Source: an uncultured Thermodesulfatator sp.
Lineage (GTDB): Bacteria > Desulfobacterota > Dissulfuribacteria > Dissulfuribacterales > QOAL01
Direction of reading: 5' to 3'
Length of the DNA: 64,000 nucleotides
Assembly (NCBI GenBank): GCA_964581255.1
Contig: CAZOMT010000002.1
Coordinates: 8,775 to 72,774, forward strand
How positions within the stretch are numbered: position 1 is the first letter of the stretch; each line of letters begins with the position of its first letter. This document shows positions 17,312 to 28,043 of this stretch, in pieces. Under the pieces are notes generated by a model. The model ran no database searches. It was not told the DNA's origin and was given only the letters and a program-made list of their open reading frames with translations. Made by a program: the position numbers and the translations under genes.

Positions 17312-18124
17312 CTATACTACCTCGTAAATCTTGGAAAGGGTTGATAAAAGACCATCTACTTTGTTAAGGGGCAAGCTGTTCGGCCCGTCACACCTCGCCC
17401 GTTCTGGATCTGGATAAACCTCCATGAAAATGCCATGGGCACCTGCGGCCACAGCGGCCTTTGCAAGGTGTGGGACAAATTCCCTCTGGCCAGACGAACA
17501 TCCGTGTCCCCCTCCAGGAAGCTGAACGCTATGGGTCGCATCAAAAACTACAGGATAGCCAAACCCCCCCATTATGGGGATGGCCCTCATGTCCACCACC
17601 AGATTGTTGTAACCAAACGAGACCCCCCGCTCTGTGAGAAAAAGTCTGTCATTGCCCGTGGAAAGGACCTTGTTGATGACATGTCTCATGTCCCAGGGCG
17701 CCATGAACTGGCCCTTCTTTATGTTTATTGGCTTGCCTGTATGTCCCGCTGCCACGAGGAGATCGGTCTGCCGGCACAAAAATGCGGGTATCTGAATACA
17801 GTCCAGGATTTGTGCGGCAATCTCCGCCTGTGTTGGCTCATGGATATCAGAAATTACAGGGCAACCAATGGAGTCTTTGACCTGGGCAAGAATCTCAAGA
17901 CCCTTTTCAAGCCCTGGCCCCCTGAAAGAATCCACGGAGGTCCTGTTGGCCTTGTCAAAGGAAGCCTTGAACATGTAGGAAAAACCGTTTCTTTCAGCTG
18001 CAAGGGCCATGAATCCAGCTATCTCCAAGGCGATATCAAGGTTTTCGAGCACGCAAGGGCCAGCTATCAAAAGAGGTGGATGACCTGGACCTACCTGAAA
18101 ATCGCCTATGTGGACAGTTTTCAT
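17312..18124 (-). CDS. kdsA: 2-dehydro-3-deoxyphosphooctonate aldolase (KDO8P synthase)
   Basis: LLIAGPCVLE, FKASFDKANRTS..SFRGPG and VFDATHSVQLPGG; 270 aa. Confidence 0.93.
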   Translation of the reverse strand: MKTVHIGDFQVGPGHPPLLIAGPCVLENLDIALEIAGFMALAAERNGFSYMFKASFDKANRTSVDSFRGPGLEKGLEILAQVKDSIGCPVISDIHEPTQAEIAAQILDCIQIPAFLCRQTDLLVAAGHTGKPINIKKGQFMAPWDMRHVINKVLSTGNDRLFLTERGVSFGYNNLVVDMRAIPIMGGFGYPVVFDATHSVQLPGGGHGCSSGQREFVPHLAKAAVAAGAHGIFMEVYPDPERARCDGPNSLPLNKVDGLLSTLSKIYEVV

Positions 18125-18142
18125 AACAGGCTAGCCATTTCT

Positions 18143-19786
18143 TCAGTTGGATTTGCCAAAGCGCCTCTCCAGCCCAGCCCTAATGAACGAAACAAAGAGG
18201 GGATGGGGCGCAAGCGGCTTGGACTTGAACTCTGGATGAAACTGGCAACCTAAGAACCAGGGATGGTCCTTTAGTTCCACTATCTCCACCAGCTCTCCAT
18301 TGGGGCTGAGACCCGATAGTACAAGGCCTGCATCCTGGAGAACTTCCCTGTATGAATTGTTAAATTCATAACGGTGCCTGTGGCGTTCCGATATCTCTTC
18401 GATTCCATAGGCCTCGAATGCCTTTGTCCCTTGGACAAGCTTACATGGATAGGCCCCAAGCCTCATGGTACCGCCTTTTTGGCTGTACTCATCCCGCTTC
18501 TGTATAGTGTCGGTACGGTAATCGTACCATTCCTTCATGAGATAGATCACTGGATCTGGCGTGTTCGGACTAAACTCTGTACTGTCGGCCATGGATAGCC
18601 CCGCCCTGTTCCTCGCAAACTCTATGACAGCAAGCTGCATTCCAAGGCAGATGCCAAAAAACGGGAGGTTGTTTTCCCTGGCATAGCTTATGGCCTCGAG
18701 CTTTCCAGGGATGCCTCTGCTGCCAAAGCCTCCAGGAACGATAATCCCATCCACCTCCTTCAATCTTGCCTCGAGCTCCTGGCCCCTGACTTCATCGGAG
18801 TTGATGAAATCTATCTCTACGGCTGCATTATTAGCCACCCCTCCATGAAACAATGCCTCATTCAGGCTCTTGTACGATTCCCGCAAGTTTACATATTTCC
18901 CCACCATTGCAATCCTGACTGCATACTGGGGTTGGTCTATGCGGGCCATGAGATCTTCCCATGCGTTGAGTACCGGGGCCCTGGTCCACATGTTGAGGCA
19001 TTCAACGATCCTTTCGTCCAGCCCCTCCTTGTGAAACCTCAAGGGCACCTCATAAATACACTTTACATCCTTTGCAGTGATAACCCTGTCTTCCTTGACG
19101 TCACAAAAAAGAGCTATCTTGGATTTTATTTCTGGAGAAAGATCCATTTCCGTCCTGCAAAGAAGGATCTCTGGATGTATGCCAATGGACCTCAGCTCTT
19201 TGACGCTGTGCTGCGTGGGCTTGGTCTTCAGCTCCCCTGCCGCCTTTATGTATGGAACATAAGTCACGTGAATGTAGAGGGTGTTTTCCTTACCCAGATC
19301 CCCACGAAGCTGTCTGATTGCCTCGATAAAGGGCAGCCCTTCAATATCGCCAATGGTTCCGCCTATCTCGACTATGGCTATATCTGCCTCGCCATTGAGC
19401 TGCATTATGGCCTGCTTTATCTCATCAGTAATATGAGGTATTACCTGAACAGTGCCTCCAAGATAATCTCCAGCCCTTTCTTTTGAAATCACGCTGTAAT
19501 AGATACGGCCAGAGGTGTAGTTGTGCCTCTGGCCGAATTTTACACTGGTGTATCTTTCGTAATGGCCCAGATCCAGATCTGTTTCTGCCCCATCGTCGGT
19601 GACGAACACCTCTCCATGCTGAAACGGATTCATGGTACCTGGATCCACATTGATGTATGGATCAAGTTTTTGAAGGGTTACTGAAAGCCCCCTGGCCTCA
19701 AGAAGAGCGCCAATGGACGCAGCAGCTAGCCCTTTGCCCAGGGAAGAAAGAACGCCTCCTGTCACAAATATGAATTTTGTACTCAT
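18143..19786 (-). CDS. pyrG: CTP synthase
   Basis: [17 protein letters not shown]-terminus, GICLGMQ glutaminase Cys motif and C-terminal FHPEF; 547 aa. Confidence 0.97.
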   Translation of the reverse strand: MSTKFIFVTGGVLSSLGKGLAAASIGALLEARGLSVTLQKLDPYINVDPGTMNPFQHGEVFVTDDGAETDLDLGHYERYTSVKFGQRHNYTSGRIYYSVISKERAGDYLGGTVQVIPHITDEIKQAIMQLNGEADIAIVEIGGTIGDIEGLPFIEAIRQLRGDLGKENTLYIHVTYVPYIKAAGELKTKPTQHSVKELRSIGIHPEILLCRTEMDLSPEIKSKIALFCDVKEDRVITAKDVKCIYEVPLRFHKEGLDERIVECLNMWTRAPVLNAWEDLMARIDQPQYAVRIAMVGKYVNLRESYKSLNEALFHGGVANNAAVEIDFINSDEVRGQELEARLKEVDGIIVPGGFGSRGIPGKLEAISYARENNLPFFGICLGMQLAVIEFARNRAGLSMADSTEFSPNTPDPVIYLMKEWYDYRTDTIQKRDEYSQKGGTMRLGAYPCKLVQGTKAFEAYGIEEISERHRHRYEFNNSYREVLQDAGLVLSGLSPNGELVEIVELKDHPWFLGCQFHPEFKSKPLAPHPLFVSFIRAGLERRFGKSN

Positions 19787-19823
19787 GACTGCCCTTTACC
19801 AAGGATTTTTGCCTTACAGGCTG

Positions 19824-20267
19824 TTAATCGTAGAAAAACATGGGCTTTACCAGGGTGATACCTCCCTGATCCAGCACACCCAGGGCCTTTTCCAACATAT
19901 CCGAGGGGACCTTGAAGATGAGCACGGCCTTACTGGCCCCACCGACAAAGGCATAGGTGTAATCCACATTGATATCATTTTGTGTGAGGATTTTGACCAC
20001 CTCATAAAAACTTCCTGGCTCATCCGCCACTTCCACCGCGAACACTTCCTGCTCCTTGAGGGTAAAACCAGATGAAGACAGGACGCTTTTGGCCTTTTCA
20101 GGATTGTTCACTACAAGGCGCAATATGCCAAATTCGGCAGATTCAGCAAGCGCCAATGCCCTGATGTTTATGGATGCATCTTTCAGGGCCTCGGTGACTT
20201 CCAGGAGCCTGCCTTTCCTGTTTTCAAGAAAGATGGACAGCTGTTTGATTCCGTATTTTTTAATCAT
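19824..20267 (-). CDS. ACT domain-containing protein
   Basis: 147 aa with two ACT-like beta-alpha-beta-beta-alpha-beta repeats ([12 protein letters not shown]..., [12 protein letters not shown]...). 4-nt overlap with the upstream paaK-type ligase, a common pairing. Confidence 0.7.
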   Translation of the reverse strand: MIKKYGIKQLSIFLENRKGRLLEVTEALKDASINIRALALAESAEFGILRLVVNNPEKAKSVLSSSGFTLKEQEVFAVEVADEPGSFYEVVKILTQNDINVDYTYAFVGGASKAVLIFKVPSDMLEKALGVLDQGGITLVKPMFFYD

Positions 20268-21571
20268 GACTTCAACCCCTCTGCCTCTCTTTTGTCAATG
20301 ATCCTCTTGGCCTTGCCCATGCTCCTTTCAAGGGTTTTGGGCTCTACAAGTTTTACACGTACGTTTATGTAGAGATCGTTAAGCATCTCCTGCTGAAGCT
20401 TGGATTTCAAGGTTTCCAGGGCTCCAATCCCGTCAGCAAAGGTCCTGTCATCAACTTCAACCCACACCTCCAGCTTGTCCAAAACACCTTTTTTGTCTAG
20501 AACAATGACATAATTGGGGGTTATTCCCTCTATTTTTGTGAGCACATGCTCCACCTGAGATGGGAAGACATTGACTCCATTCACAATGAGCATGTCATCC
20601 GCCCTGCCTTTTACAGACTCCATAATGGTAATGGTCCTTCCGCACTTGCAAGGCTGACGATGAAGGACAGTGATGTCTTTGGTTCGGTAACGGATTATAG
20701 GAAGGGCCTGTTTTGTCACTGTGGTAAACACCAGTTCTCCCTCTTCCCCCTCTGGAAGCACCTCACCTGTCTCTGTATCTATCACTTCAGGGATGAAGTG
20801 GTCCTCAAATACATGAAGATTTCCATAGGGGCAGCCAGAGGCCACACCAGGGCCGATGATTTCCGATAGGCCATAAGCCTCTATGTAAACAAGCCCCCAG
20901 GCATCCCTAAGGGCATTTCTAAGCCCCTCGCTTGCTGGTTCAGCGCCAAAAAAGCCCGCCCTTATCCTGAAATCCTTCTTGAGGTCATAGCCCTCATCCT
21001 GGGCAACTTCTGCCAGATGCAGGGCAAAGGAAGGTGTAGAGCAAAGCACTGTTGCACCAAAATCTTTCATGAGCAAGAGCTGCCTCTTGGTAAAACCGCC
21101 GCTAGAGGGCACCACAGCAGCGCCCACCTCCTCTGCGCCATAATGAAAACCAAGCCCTCCAGTAAATAGACCATAGCCATATGCGTTGTGCACCACATCT
21201 CCAGGGCCTACGTTCATCATGGACATGGTTCTTGCCATAACTTCCTTCCAGACCCCCATATCGTGAGCTGTATATCCAACAACTGTGGGTTTTCCTGTTG
21301 TTCCAGATGAGGAATGAATCCTCACCACTTGATCCATGGGCACAGTAAACAGTCCAAAGGGGTAATGATCCCGGAGATCCTGCTTTGTGGTAAAGGGCAG
21401 ATTCTTTAGGTCTTCTACCGACTTGACATGGGCGGGCTTCATTCCTATCTCATCAAACTTCTTTCTGTAAAAAGGCACAAGGTGGTAAACCCGCTCCACT
21501 GTATCCCGCAAACGCTTTGCCTGTAATCTTTCAAGCTCCTCCCTTGGAGCACTTTCTATAGGATTCCACAT
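20264..21571 (-). CDS. paaK: phenylacetate--CoA ligase family adenylate-forming enzyme
   Basis: [19 protein letters not shown]-binding motif, YGLSE, RYRTKD; 435 aa. Confidence 0.85.
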   Translation of the reverse strand: MWNPIESAPREELERLQAKRLRDTVERVYHLVPFYRKKFDEIGMKPAHVKSVEDLKNLPFTTKQDLRDHYPFGLFTVPMDQVVRIHSSSGTTGKPTVVGYTAHDMGVWKEVMARTMSMMNVGPGDVVHNAYGYGLFTGGLGFHYGAEEVGAAVVPSSGGFTKRQLLLMKDFGATVLCSTPSFALHLAEVAQDEGYDLKKDFRIRAGFFGAEPASEGLRNALRDAWGLVYIEAYGLSEIIGPGVASGCPYGNLHVFEDHFIPEVIDTETGEVLPEGEEGELVFTTVTKQALPIIRYRTKDITVLHRQPCKCGRTITIMESVKGRADDMLIVNGVNVFPSQVEHVLTKIEGITPNYVIVLDKKGVLDKLEVWVEVDDRTFADGIGALETLKSKLQQEMLNDLYINVRVKLVEPKTLERSMGKAKRIIDKREAEGLKS

Positions 21572-21695
21572 GGTTTCCCGCTCCTCTCTGCAATATCAGA
21601 ATAAAATTAATAATTTTTCCAGATAGACCTTTAACACAAGAAAAAATTTGTTCAACCCTGCTACTGGACACCCTTTCGTTTAAGGTCTGCCAAGG

Positions 21696-22214
21696 TTATC
21701 TTTCTATCCCTTTTCGTGCCTTAACCCCCTGGGAAAGGTAGTGCTTGACCATCCTGCACTCGCTTACAAGATCTGCAACCTTATAGATCTCTTCAGGGGC
21801 GTTACGGCCAGTAAGCACAATCTCCACGCCAACAGGCCTTTTTTTCAAGACTTCAACCACATCTTCGAGGGATATCAGACCAAGATTCAAAGCAACATTT
21901 GCCTCATCGAGCACAACAAGATCGTACTTGCCAGACATGATCTCGTCTCTGATCAATTTGAGGCCTTCTGAGGCACGTTGATAGTCCTCTTTTTGGGGTT
22001 TGCCCCTTACAAATTTTCCAGAACCAAACTGGATGATCTTTATCTGGTCACCAAAACGGCCAAGGGCCTTTACCTCACTGAATTGCCCCCTTTTCAGAAA
22101 CTGGGCAAAGAGGACATTCATCCCGGCCCCTATCGCCCTAACTGAAAGGCCAATGGCTGCGGTGGTTTTCCCCTTGCCGTCTCCAGTATAGACTTGGATA
22201 TACCCCTTTTTCAT
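21696..22214 (-). CDS. cobO: cob(I)yrinic acid a,c-diamide / cob(I)alamin adenosyltransferase
   Basis: MKKGYIQVYTGDGKGKTTAAIGLSVRAIGAG and LVVLDE. The ATG at 22214 forms an ATGA overlap with the stop of the upstream permease. The 229-aa track ORF (to 22385) is an overextension into that gene. Confidence 0.88.
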   Translation of the reverse strand: MKKGYIQVYTGDGKGKTTAAIGLSVRAIGAGMNVLFAQFLKRGQFSEVKALGRFGDQIKIIQFGSGKFVRGKPQKEDYQRASEGLKLIRDEIMSGKYDLVVLDEANVALNLGLISLEDVVEVLKKRPVGVEIVLTGRNAPEEIYKVADLVSECRMVKHYLSQGVKARKGIER

Positions 22215-23263
22215 TCGCTTTCGTTCTCTGTATCGAATTTCTTCATCAGTGCTGCGGCCTCGCTGTTGGTGCCAAGCATCACAGAGATCCACTTTGTCTT
22301 TGGATGGTTGTCCAAGGCGATCTTCAGAGACATGGTTATAGGCACGGAAAGGAGCATTCCCACCGGCCCCAAAACCCAGCCCCAAAACGCCATGGACATA
22401 AATATTACAAGCGGGGAAAGGCCTACTCCACTACCCATGATCTTGGGCTCAAGTACGTTGCCTATGGATATATTTACGGCAAGATATATGGCAGCCGTTA
22501 CAAGACTGTTCATGAAACCGAGTTGTACCAGTGCCAGCAGTACAGCAGGCACAGCCGCAATTATTGAGCCAATGGTCGGGATGAAATTGAGGGCAAAAGC
22601 CATCACAGCCCAAAGTACAGGAAAATCAAGCCCTTGTATCCATAGGCCAAGGCCTATCAAAAGGCCGGTAAGGAGGCTGGTAAAGGTCTTTATAGCAAAA
22701 AAGCTGTTCATGCCCTCCATGATCTGCTTGAAATTTTCCGTGCTTTCAAAGCCCAGCATGGAAAGCGCCTGGATCTTGTATGCCATGCCCCCTGCCTCGA
22801 GCAACATGAAGACCAAAGTGAGGACTATGAAAAAGGTGTTTGTGATCAGCTTTCCAAGGCTTTTCAGCGTGGTGGCTGCAAAGGTCATGATTCTTGAAGG
22901 GTCAATGTCTTTGATAGGCTCTAGATCCTGCTGGGTAAGTCCGATCTTCTCCCCTAGATGCAATATATCTCCATAAATGGCATTAAGCCTTTCCTGGTAA
23001 TGGGGGAGGCTTTGTGAAAAATCCGATACCGAAGTGCCCATAAGGGTGCCAAGACCCACTTCAAGCAGCAGAAAGATCAAGATGATCAGGAATATGGAAA
23101 GCAAGGTTGGCAGCCCCTTGCTGGTTAACCAAAAGAGCAGTGGCGCTGCTATGGTTGCGATAAAGGCTGCCAGAAGAAGCGGCACCAGAAAGGAACCAGC
23201 GGCCTTCACGCCAGCTATGACTATCACAAACGCAGACAAATTTAAGAGAATGGTGCTTGCCAT
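22211..23263 (-). CDS. AI-2E family transporter (PerM/UPF0118)
   Basis: 350 aa, about 8 TM segments, with the IPxIGxxI and LSxPLT-like strings (NFIPTIGSIIAAVP, LLSVPITM) typical of this family. Confidence 0.75.
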   Translation of the reverse strand: MASTILLNLSAFVIVIAGVKAAGSFLVPLLLAAFIATIAAPLLFWLTSKGLPTLLSIFLIILIFLLLEVGLGTLMGTSVSDFSQSLPHYQERLNAIYGDILHLGEKIGLTQQDLEPIKDIDPSRIMTFAATTLKSLGKLITNTFFIVLTLVFMLLEAGGMAYKIQALSMLGFESTENFKQIMEGMNSFFAIKTFTSLLTGLLIGLGLWIQGLDFPVLWAVMAFALNFIPTIGSIIAAVPAVLLALVQLGFMNSLVTAAIYLAVNISIGNVLEPKIMGSGVGLSPLVIFMSMAFWGWVLGPVGMLLSVPITMSLKIALDNHPKTKWISVMLGTNSEAAALMKKFDTENESE

Positions 23264-23267
23264 ATTC

Positions 23268-26200
23268 TCAATTCGCCTTCGAATCCTGGGGCGGTTCCAC
23301 GCCCATCTTGCTAAATATGGAAAAGGGTGCCTTCAAGACGTTAAACAATAGCTTCTTGAATACGTCTGCCACTGCCTTTGCTGGCATTGTCCTGATTGCT
23401 GGCTCCACCCATGGCCCTTCCACCTTTACTGGTACGGTGATGAGCGACTTATGCTTACCCCCAATTATGGCACCGATTATGGGGACCGAAGTGATTATCT
23501 TGTCTACCGTCTTGAGAGGGGCGACAAAGACTATCAGATCCAGCTTTCTGTTTCTTATGTCTACGGTGCCAGTGCCATAAAGATTGAGGCCACGCCCCTT
23601 TATCACAGCTTGTTCAAGCTCCATGACCCCCTTGTCTATCCTGGAGTTTAATACAATCTCGTCGTATGGGAAACCTCCTTCAATAAGCCCGATTCCCGGC
23701 TGGATCGAAAAGAGATCGACGAGGTTTACCACCCCGAGAATGCGCGACAGCAAACCAAATCTCTTGATATTGCCATCCCTGGCATGGAGTTTCAGGCCAC
23801 CGCTTCCTGCAAGTATCCCGTCGGGACTCACCATCTCCATCTCCACTGTAAAAGGCCCTGACAGTACGTGTTGCTTAAAACCAAGACACTTGAGAAAATC
23901 CTCAAATTGGATCTCCTCGCCTTCTTGACTTGTTATCACCAGAGAACGTTCCTCTTTGCCTGCCTTATCCACCTCTACAGAGGCGTTGAGTTTGAGACCA
24001 CAAAAGCTTTTCCCAAATATCTTTATATCGGTAAATTTGCTTGAAGAAAATTGGCCATAGCCATTTACGCCTTGGACCTTTACGATCCTGGGACCTGTCT
24101 TCTCAGAAGAAACGTTAAACCTGGAATTGAGGTCCAACTCCACGGCATCGAAACCAAAGGAAATCTCTCCCCCAACGTCGAGGTTCCACTCGTGAAAGAA
24201 GCTGGCCCTATTTGGCGGAGGTGCTTCCCTGATGGATACCGGCCTGCCTGTGCCCTCTTCAAACAGAACCTGAAGGCTGTCATCTGACAACTTCTTGCCA
24301 TATACGTCCAGGTAGGCAGTGACCTTATTTCCCACAAGGCTGACGTCTCCACTGGCAACTATCGTATCCTGAAGAAACCGAAATTTCGTCTGTAGGAATA
24401 GGCTGTTTCCCTTGGCTTCGACATCAAGGGCTTGCATTAAAAGCGGATTTTTTGTGCCCCATAGCCAATACAGATGGGTGGCTGAAAGGTGGCCTTTTGG
24501 TTGGCTGAAACCCTTGCCAGGATCTGCCAGGTACTCCATGGAAAAGTCCCCTTCAAGCCTCCCCTTAAGTATGTCATTTTTTCTGAGGCACCTGTCCAGG
24601 GCAGAACCAGAAAGCCTTCCATTCCAACCGAGACTGAACCTTTTTCCCATCCCCTCATCCAGCAACAAACGAAAGGTTCCTGTCTCGTCCCTGGATCTCA
24701 CTCTGACCTGTCTAATGTCGAGAAAATCTTTTGCCACATCTATGTCTATAAGGGCCTCTGATTCGACATTTTTCCATACCAGCTTGCCTGATACATGCTC
24801 ATGCCCTTGTTCAAGAAGCCCTATATTCAAATCCTTGAGATGGACTGGGATCTTGGGGAAATATTCTTTCGGCACCCACCCGTGCCCCTCAATCCACTTG
24901 GCGATTGCATGGTTGACAGTTCCAGTGAAACCCAGCCTTCCCTGCCAGTCCTTGAGGTTGTGATGCCTGAGATCGAAGCTGGCATAAAATTCCTGGCTGG
25001 ACAGATCCACTTTGCACCTTGGTGCCTTCAAGGTATTGTTGTCCAGGAAAAAGCTCCCCTCGCGTACATGAAGCTCACCAGGCAAGAGCCTGGTTTCAAC
25101 ACTGAGGCCGTCTGGCTTAAACCATCCCTTGTAGGTCACACCCCGGGGATCGTCAAGAAAAATCCGTCCACTTAGCCTTTCCACTGCGACTCTTCCTCTT
25201 GCCTTTAATGCCAGCTCTTCACGCACCTTCTCGAGCGGCTTGAAGTGCGGAGACAGATCCAGGATGGAAGGGACATCTAGGTTGCCGGAAAATTTTTCCA
25301 CCCTCAGCCTGTCTCTGCCCTTCCAAGACAGTTCCCCTGTAAAGCAAGCCACCCTATTGCTGCCCGCCTCACCCGAAAGCCCCTTCCAGGCAAGAGTATC
25401 ATCCTGGTAACTGAGGAGTCCCCCATTGATCTTTATTGGCCAATTGAAACGGTTATAGAAGAAACCCGCCTTTACAGATGTCACATCCACAAATGTATCA
25501 AAATGCCTTTCGTCGTCTCCAAGCATGAGTCTGCCCTGAACGCGGCCATATGTCTTGCTCACCTCTTTTAATTCACGCTGAAGGACATCTTTATGAACGA
25601 ACTTTTTCAGGGCCCACTTCACATCCCTGAGATCTGCATCCAGATCTATATCGAGTTCCATCTCATGGTTGTGATCTGCTACACCCAACACAAAGATGCC
25701 ATTGAAGCCATGTGAATTTCTAAGCCTCATCCGGCCATTTTCAAGGTGGAGGACGGCACCTACTATCTTCATGGAACCGCTGACAGAATCTATGAAGAGG
25801 TCTTGATCCGGCACATATACCGGCACGTCCTCAAGCTCCCCTTCTATGGTCATACAGTGGAGGGATTCTAGGTACCGGGGATCATCGTCAAAGTGAAAGG
25901 AAAGCCTTGATGCCTTCCCACCCCTTACGATGTTACATACCTTCTGGGCATCCTTATGGCCCTTTAGGAGAATAAGGACACTTCTACGCACTTGTCCAAG
26001 ATCTATATCCCTGCCCTCGAGATCCACCAACAGACGATTGCCATCCTTTTTGCGGTCTAGTCTTATGTTGCCTTGGAGCCTCAGGTTCGGCTGTGCAAAT
26101 TCCAGTTGGTTTATGAGGACAGAGATCTCATCTGGACTATAGGAAAAGGTTAGCTTTAAACTGCCGCAGGAAAAGGCAGCTTCTGGCTTCTTCGTCTTTG

Positions 26201-26948
26201 AAATGAGGCACGCAGACGCGGCTTCAAGGCTCCCATCCATATGCTCAAATGCCCTGCCGTGTGCCTCCAAGTGCACATCGAGAAAGCCCTTTGCAGGAAA
26301 CTGCGCCCTGGTGGTGATGTCTTTATAGTATAGGCCTGCCATGTCCAGATGCTCTATCTTGGAATTTAGTGAAAATCCCATGTCTGCAAGATTGCAGGAA
26401 AAGGCGATAAAAATTCGTGAGGCAAAGCTGGTCTTACCTCCCACCTTGCCACTTAAGATATCACCATCTATCTCGATCCTGCCGTAGAGGCTTGAAAGGT
26501 CGGGCCTCTTGTTCTTCAGGGGAAGAAAATCAAGTTTGGTCCCCGATGAAAGCCTGAAGCGCCCGTTTACAACCTTGATCCACCTGAAAGGTGGCTTGGT
26601 CCTTTTCTCTTGCCTGGATACGGACTTGAGGAGAAAATCGGCATCCTCCAGGACAATTCCGTCTATGCCCACATTGCCCTGAAATATGGACAACCAGACT
26701 GGATAGACACTAAGAACCGGCGCATCCAGGCGGAACTCCTTCTTGTACATGGAAAAATCGTCAAAACATAAATGGGGAAGCGGGAACCATCTCCAGCTTG
26801 CAGAGGATAGAGTCACATTCGCATCAATGGCTTTTGCCGTTTCGGTGCGTATCTTGTCTTGAACTTCCGGAAAAGAAAGGATCCAGTTAGGCGCAAATGC
26901 CAGCAATAAGACGATGATTGTTGACAGGCCGAAAAATTTCGAAGACAT
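23268..26948 (-). CDS. YhdP/AsmA-like giant envelope protein (candidate bridge-like lipid transporter)
   Basis: 1226 aa with an N-terminal TM anchor (FGLSTIIVLLLAFAPNWILSF) and a long beta-rich body. The C-terminal string LNLYGTGTVDIRNRKLDLIVFVAPLKTVDKIITSVPIIGAIIGG...VKVEGPWVEP resembles the AsmA_2/YhdP C-terminus. Confidence 0.6.
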   Translation of the reverse strand: MSSKFFGLSTIIVLLLAFAPNWILSFPEVQDKIRTETAKAIDANVTLSSASWRWFPLPHLCFDDFSMYKKEFRLDAPVLSVYPVWLSIFQGNVGIDGIVLEDADFLLKSVSRQEKRTKPPFRWIKVVNGRFRLSSGTKLDFLPLKNKRPDLSSLYGRIEIDGDILSGKVGGKTSFASRIFIAFSCNLADMGFSLNSKIEHLDMAGLYYKDITTRAQFPAKGFLDVHLEAHGRAFEHMDGSLEAASACLISKTKKPEAAFSCGSLKLTFSYSPDEISVLINQLEFAQPNLRLQGNIRLDRKKDGNRLLVDLEGRDIDLGQVRRSVLILLKGHKDAQKVCNIVRGGKASRLSFHFDDDPRYLESLHCMTIEGELEDVPVYVPDQDLFIDSVSGSMKIVGAVLHLENGRMRLRNSHGFNGIFVLGVADHNHEMELDIDLDADLRDVKWALKKFVHKDVLQRELKEVSKTYGRVQGRLMLGDDERHFDTFVDVTSVKAGFFYNRFNWPIKINGGLLSYQDDTLAWKGLSGEAGSNRVACFTGELSWKGRDRLRVEKFSGNLDVPSILDLSPHFKPLEKVREELALKARGRVAVERLSGRIFLDDPRGVTYKGWFKPDGLSVETRLLPGELHVREGSFFLDNNTLKAPRCKVDLSSQEFYASFDLRHHNLKDWQGRLGFTGTVNHAIAKWIEGHGWVPKEYFPKIPVHLKDLNIGLLEQGHEHVSGKLVWKNVESEALIDIDVAKDFLDIRQVRVRSRDETGTFRLLLDEGMGKRFSLGWNGRLSGSALDRCLRKNDILKGRLEGDFSMEYLADPGKGFSQPKGHLSATHLYWLWGTKNPLLMQALDVEAKGNSLFLQTKFRFLQDTIVASGDVSLVGNKVTAYLDVYGKKLSDDSLQVLFEEGTGRPVSIREAPPPNRASFFHEWNLDVGGEISFGFDAVELDLNSRFNVSSEKTGPRIVKVQGVNGYGQFSSSKFTDIKIFGKSFCGLKLNASVEVDKAGKEERSLVITSQEGEEIQFEDFLKCLGFKQHVLSGPFTVEMEMVSPDGILAGSGGLKLHARDGNIKRFGLLSRILGVVNLVDLFSIQPGIGLIEGGFPYDEIVLNSRIDKGVMELEQAVIKGRGLNLYGTGTVDIRNRKLDLIVFVAPLKTVDKIITSVPIIGAIIGGKHKSLITVPVKVEGPWVEPAIRTMPAKAVADVFKKLLFNVLKAPFSIFSKMGVEPPQDSKAN

Positions 26949-26962
26949 GGAGCCTGCCCTTT

Positions 26963-27934
26963 TCAGGATATTTCAGCGATTGCCCTGTGGACACAGGACC
27001 TCAAATGAACACAATCGGTTTCATGCCAGGATTCCAAGACCTTGTCCAGACTGAACAAGGCGCGAGGGATGAACGCCTTGAAAAAGGGCCTCTTCTTCCT
27101 CTTTGACAAAAAGCCATAGGCACCCAGGGCCTGCAACAGTCTCATCATGGAAAGAAGGAAAAATTCCCGTAATAGGCCCTCATCCCTTTTGAAGTCCTCA
27201 TTCATATCTGTCATCCTCGATAGATAATATTCATAGAGTTCCAACCTCATTGTCCAAGGAATATTGACATAAGGATCATGCAGGATAGAAGAAAGATCGT
27301 ACCCCCACGGTCCAAGCCTTCCGGCCTGAAAGTCTATTACCCTTATAGCCCCAGTTGCAACCATCAAATTCCTCGATTGAAAATCCCGATGGAGAAAGAA
27401 AACAATATGACACCATTCATCCACAAGGCCAGTCAAGCGCTTTAACTCTTGAATAAGGGCTTCTTGGTTGCAGCTAAGCCTCATAAAATCCTTAATAAAG
27501 GCATTCATGAAATACAGGGCCTCTTTATCAAAGGCCAGATTTGAATCGTAATATGGCTCTTGCCAGCACCATTCAGGATCAAAACCTTCGGCGCCTGCCA
27601 CCTGCATATGAACCAGAACGTCAAGCACCTTCTCATATTCCAGAAAAAGCCTTGAAAAATGCCCTTGATCCATCAGCGACGTAGCCACATATTGAAATTT
27701 TGTGTCTCCAAGATCCTCAACCAACAACTGGCCCGAAATGTTATCGTAACGGTATATCTCTGGTACAGGGACAGACCTGGCCTTTAGATGACTGCCGATA
27801 AGATAAAAACTTTCTGCCTCCATCAGGCCATCCTTTCCTGGCGCTGGCAAAATGGCTACGGTTGGCCTGCCGTTATAAGTGGTCCGTGAGAAGACCCTGT
27901 CCGACCCATCGGGACGGATTTCTGACCTGTTCAT
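26963..27934 (-). CDS. aminoglycoside-phosphotransferase-fold kinase, AmgK-like (possible MurNAc/GlcNAc anomeric kinase)
   Basis: DGSDRVFSR, LLVEDLGD, HRDFQSRNLMV and IDFQ motifs of the APH/AmgK family; 323 aa. Confidence 0.6.
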   Translation of the reverse strand: MNRSEIRPDGSDRVFSRTTYNGRPTVAILPAPGKDGLMEAESFYLIGSHLKARSVPVPEIYRYDNISGQLLVEDLGDTKFQYVATSLMDQGHFSRLFLEYEKVLDVLVHMQVAGAEGFDPEWCWQEPYYDSNLAFDKEALYFMNAFIKDFMRLSCNQEALIQELKRLTGLVDEWCHIVFFLHRDFQSRNLMVATGAIRVIDFQAGRLGPWGYDLSSILHDPYVNIPWTMRLELYEYYLSRMTDMNEDFKRDEGLLREFFLLSMMRLLQALGAYGFLSKRKKRPFFKAFIPRALFSLDKVLESWHETDCVHLRSCVHRAIAEIS

Positions 27935-28043
27935 TGGGTGTATGTCACTAAAAACGGTGGGATTTCCTTAATATCTTTTTCACCAGTTTAATACCTGGGG
28001 ACAGATTGGGAAATGTTAAAATAAAAAGAAACATTTGGAAAAA

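Noticed and set aside
21696-22385. 229-aa version of cobO, and other maximal ORF starts (pgk 3643, gap-like 5111, PPDK-like 9546, SPFH 29775, Zn-ribbon 30944, lptB copy 32915, NTP-transferase 47066, lptF 47987, lptG 49047, hemerythrin 55117).
   Set aside because: The N-terminal extensions overlap upstream genes or lack ribosome-binding sites. Internal ATGs match family N-termini and have Shine-Dalgarno sequences or ATGA-type coupling, so the shorter coordinates were used.
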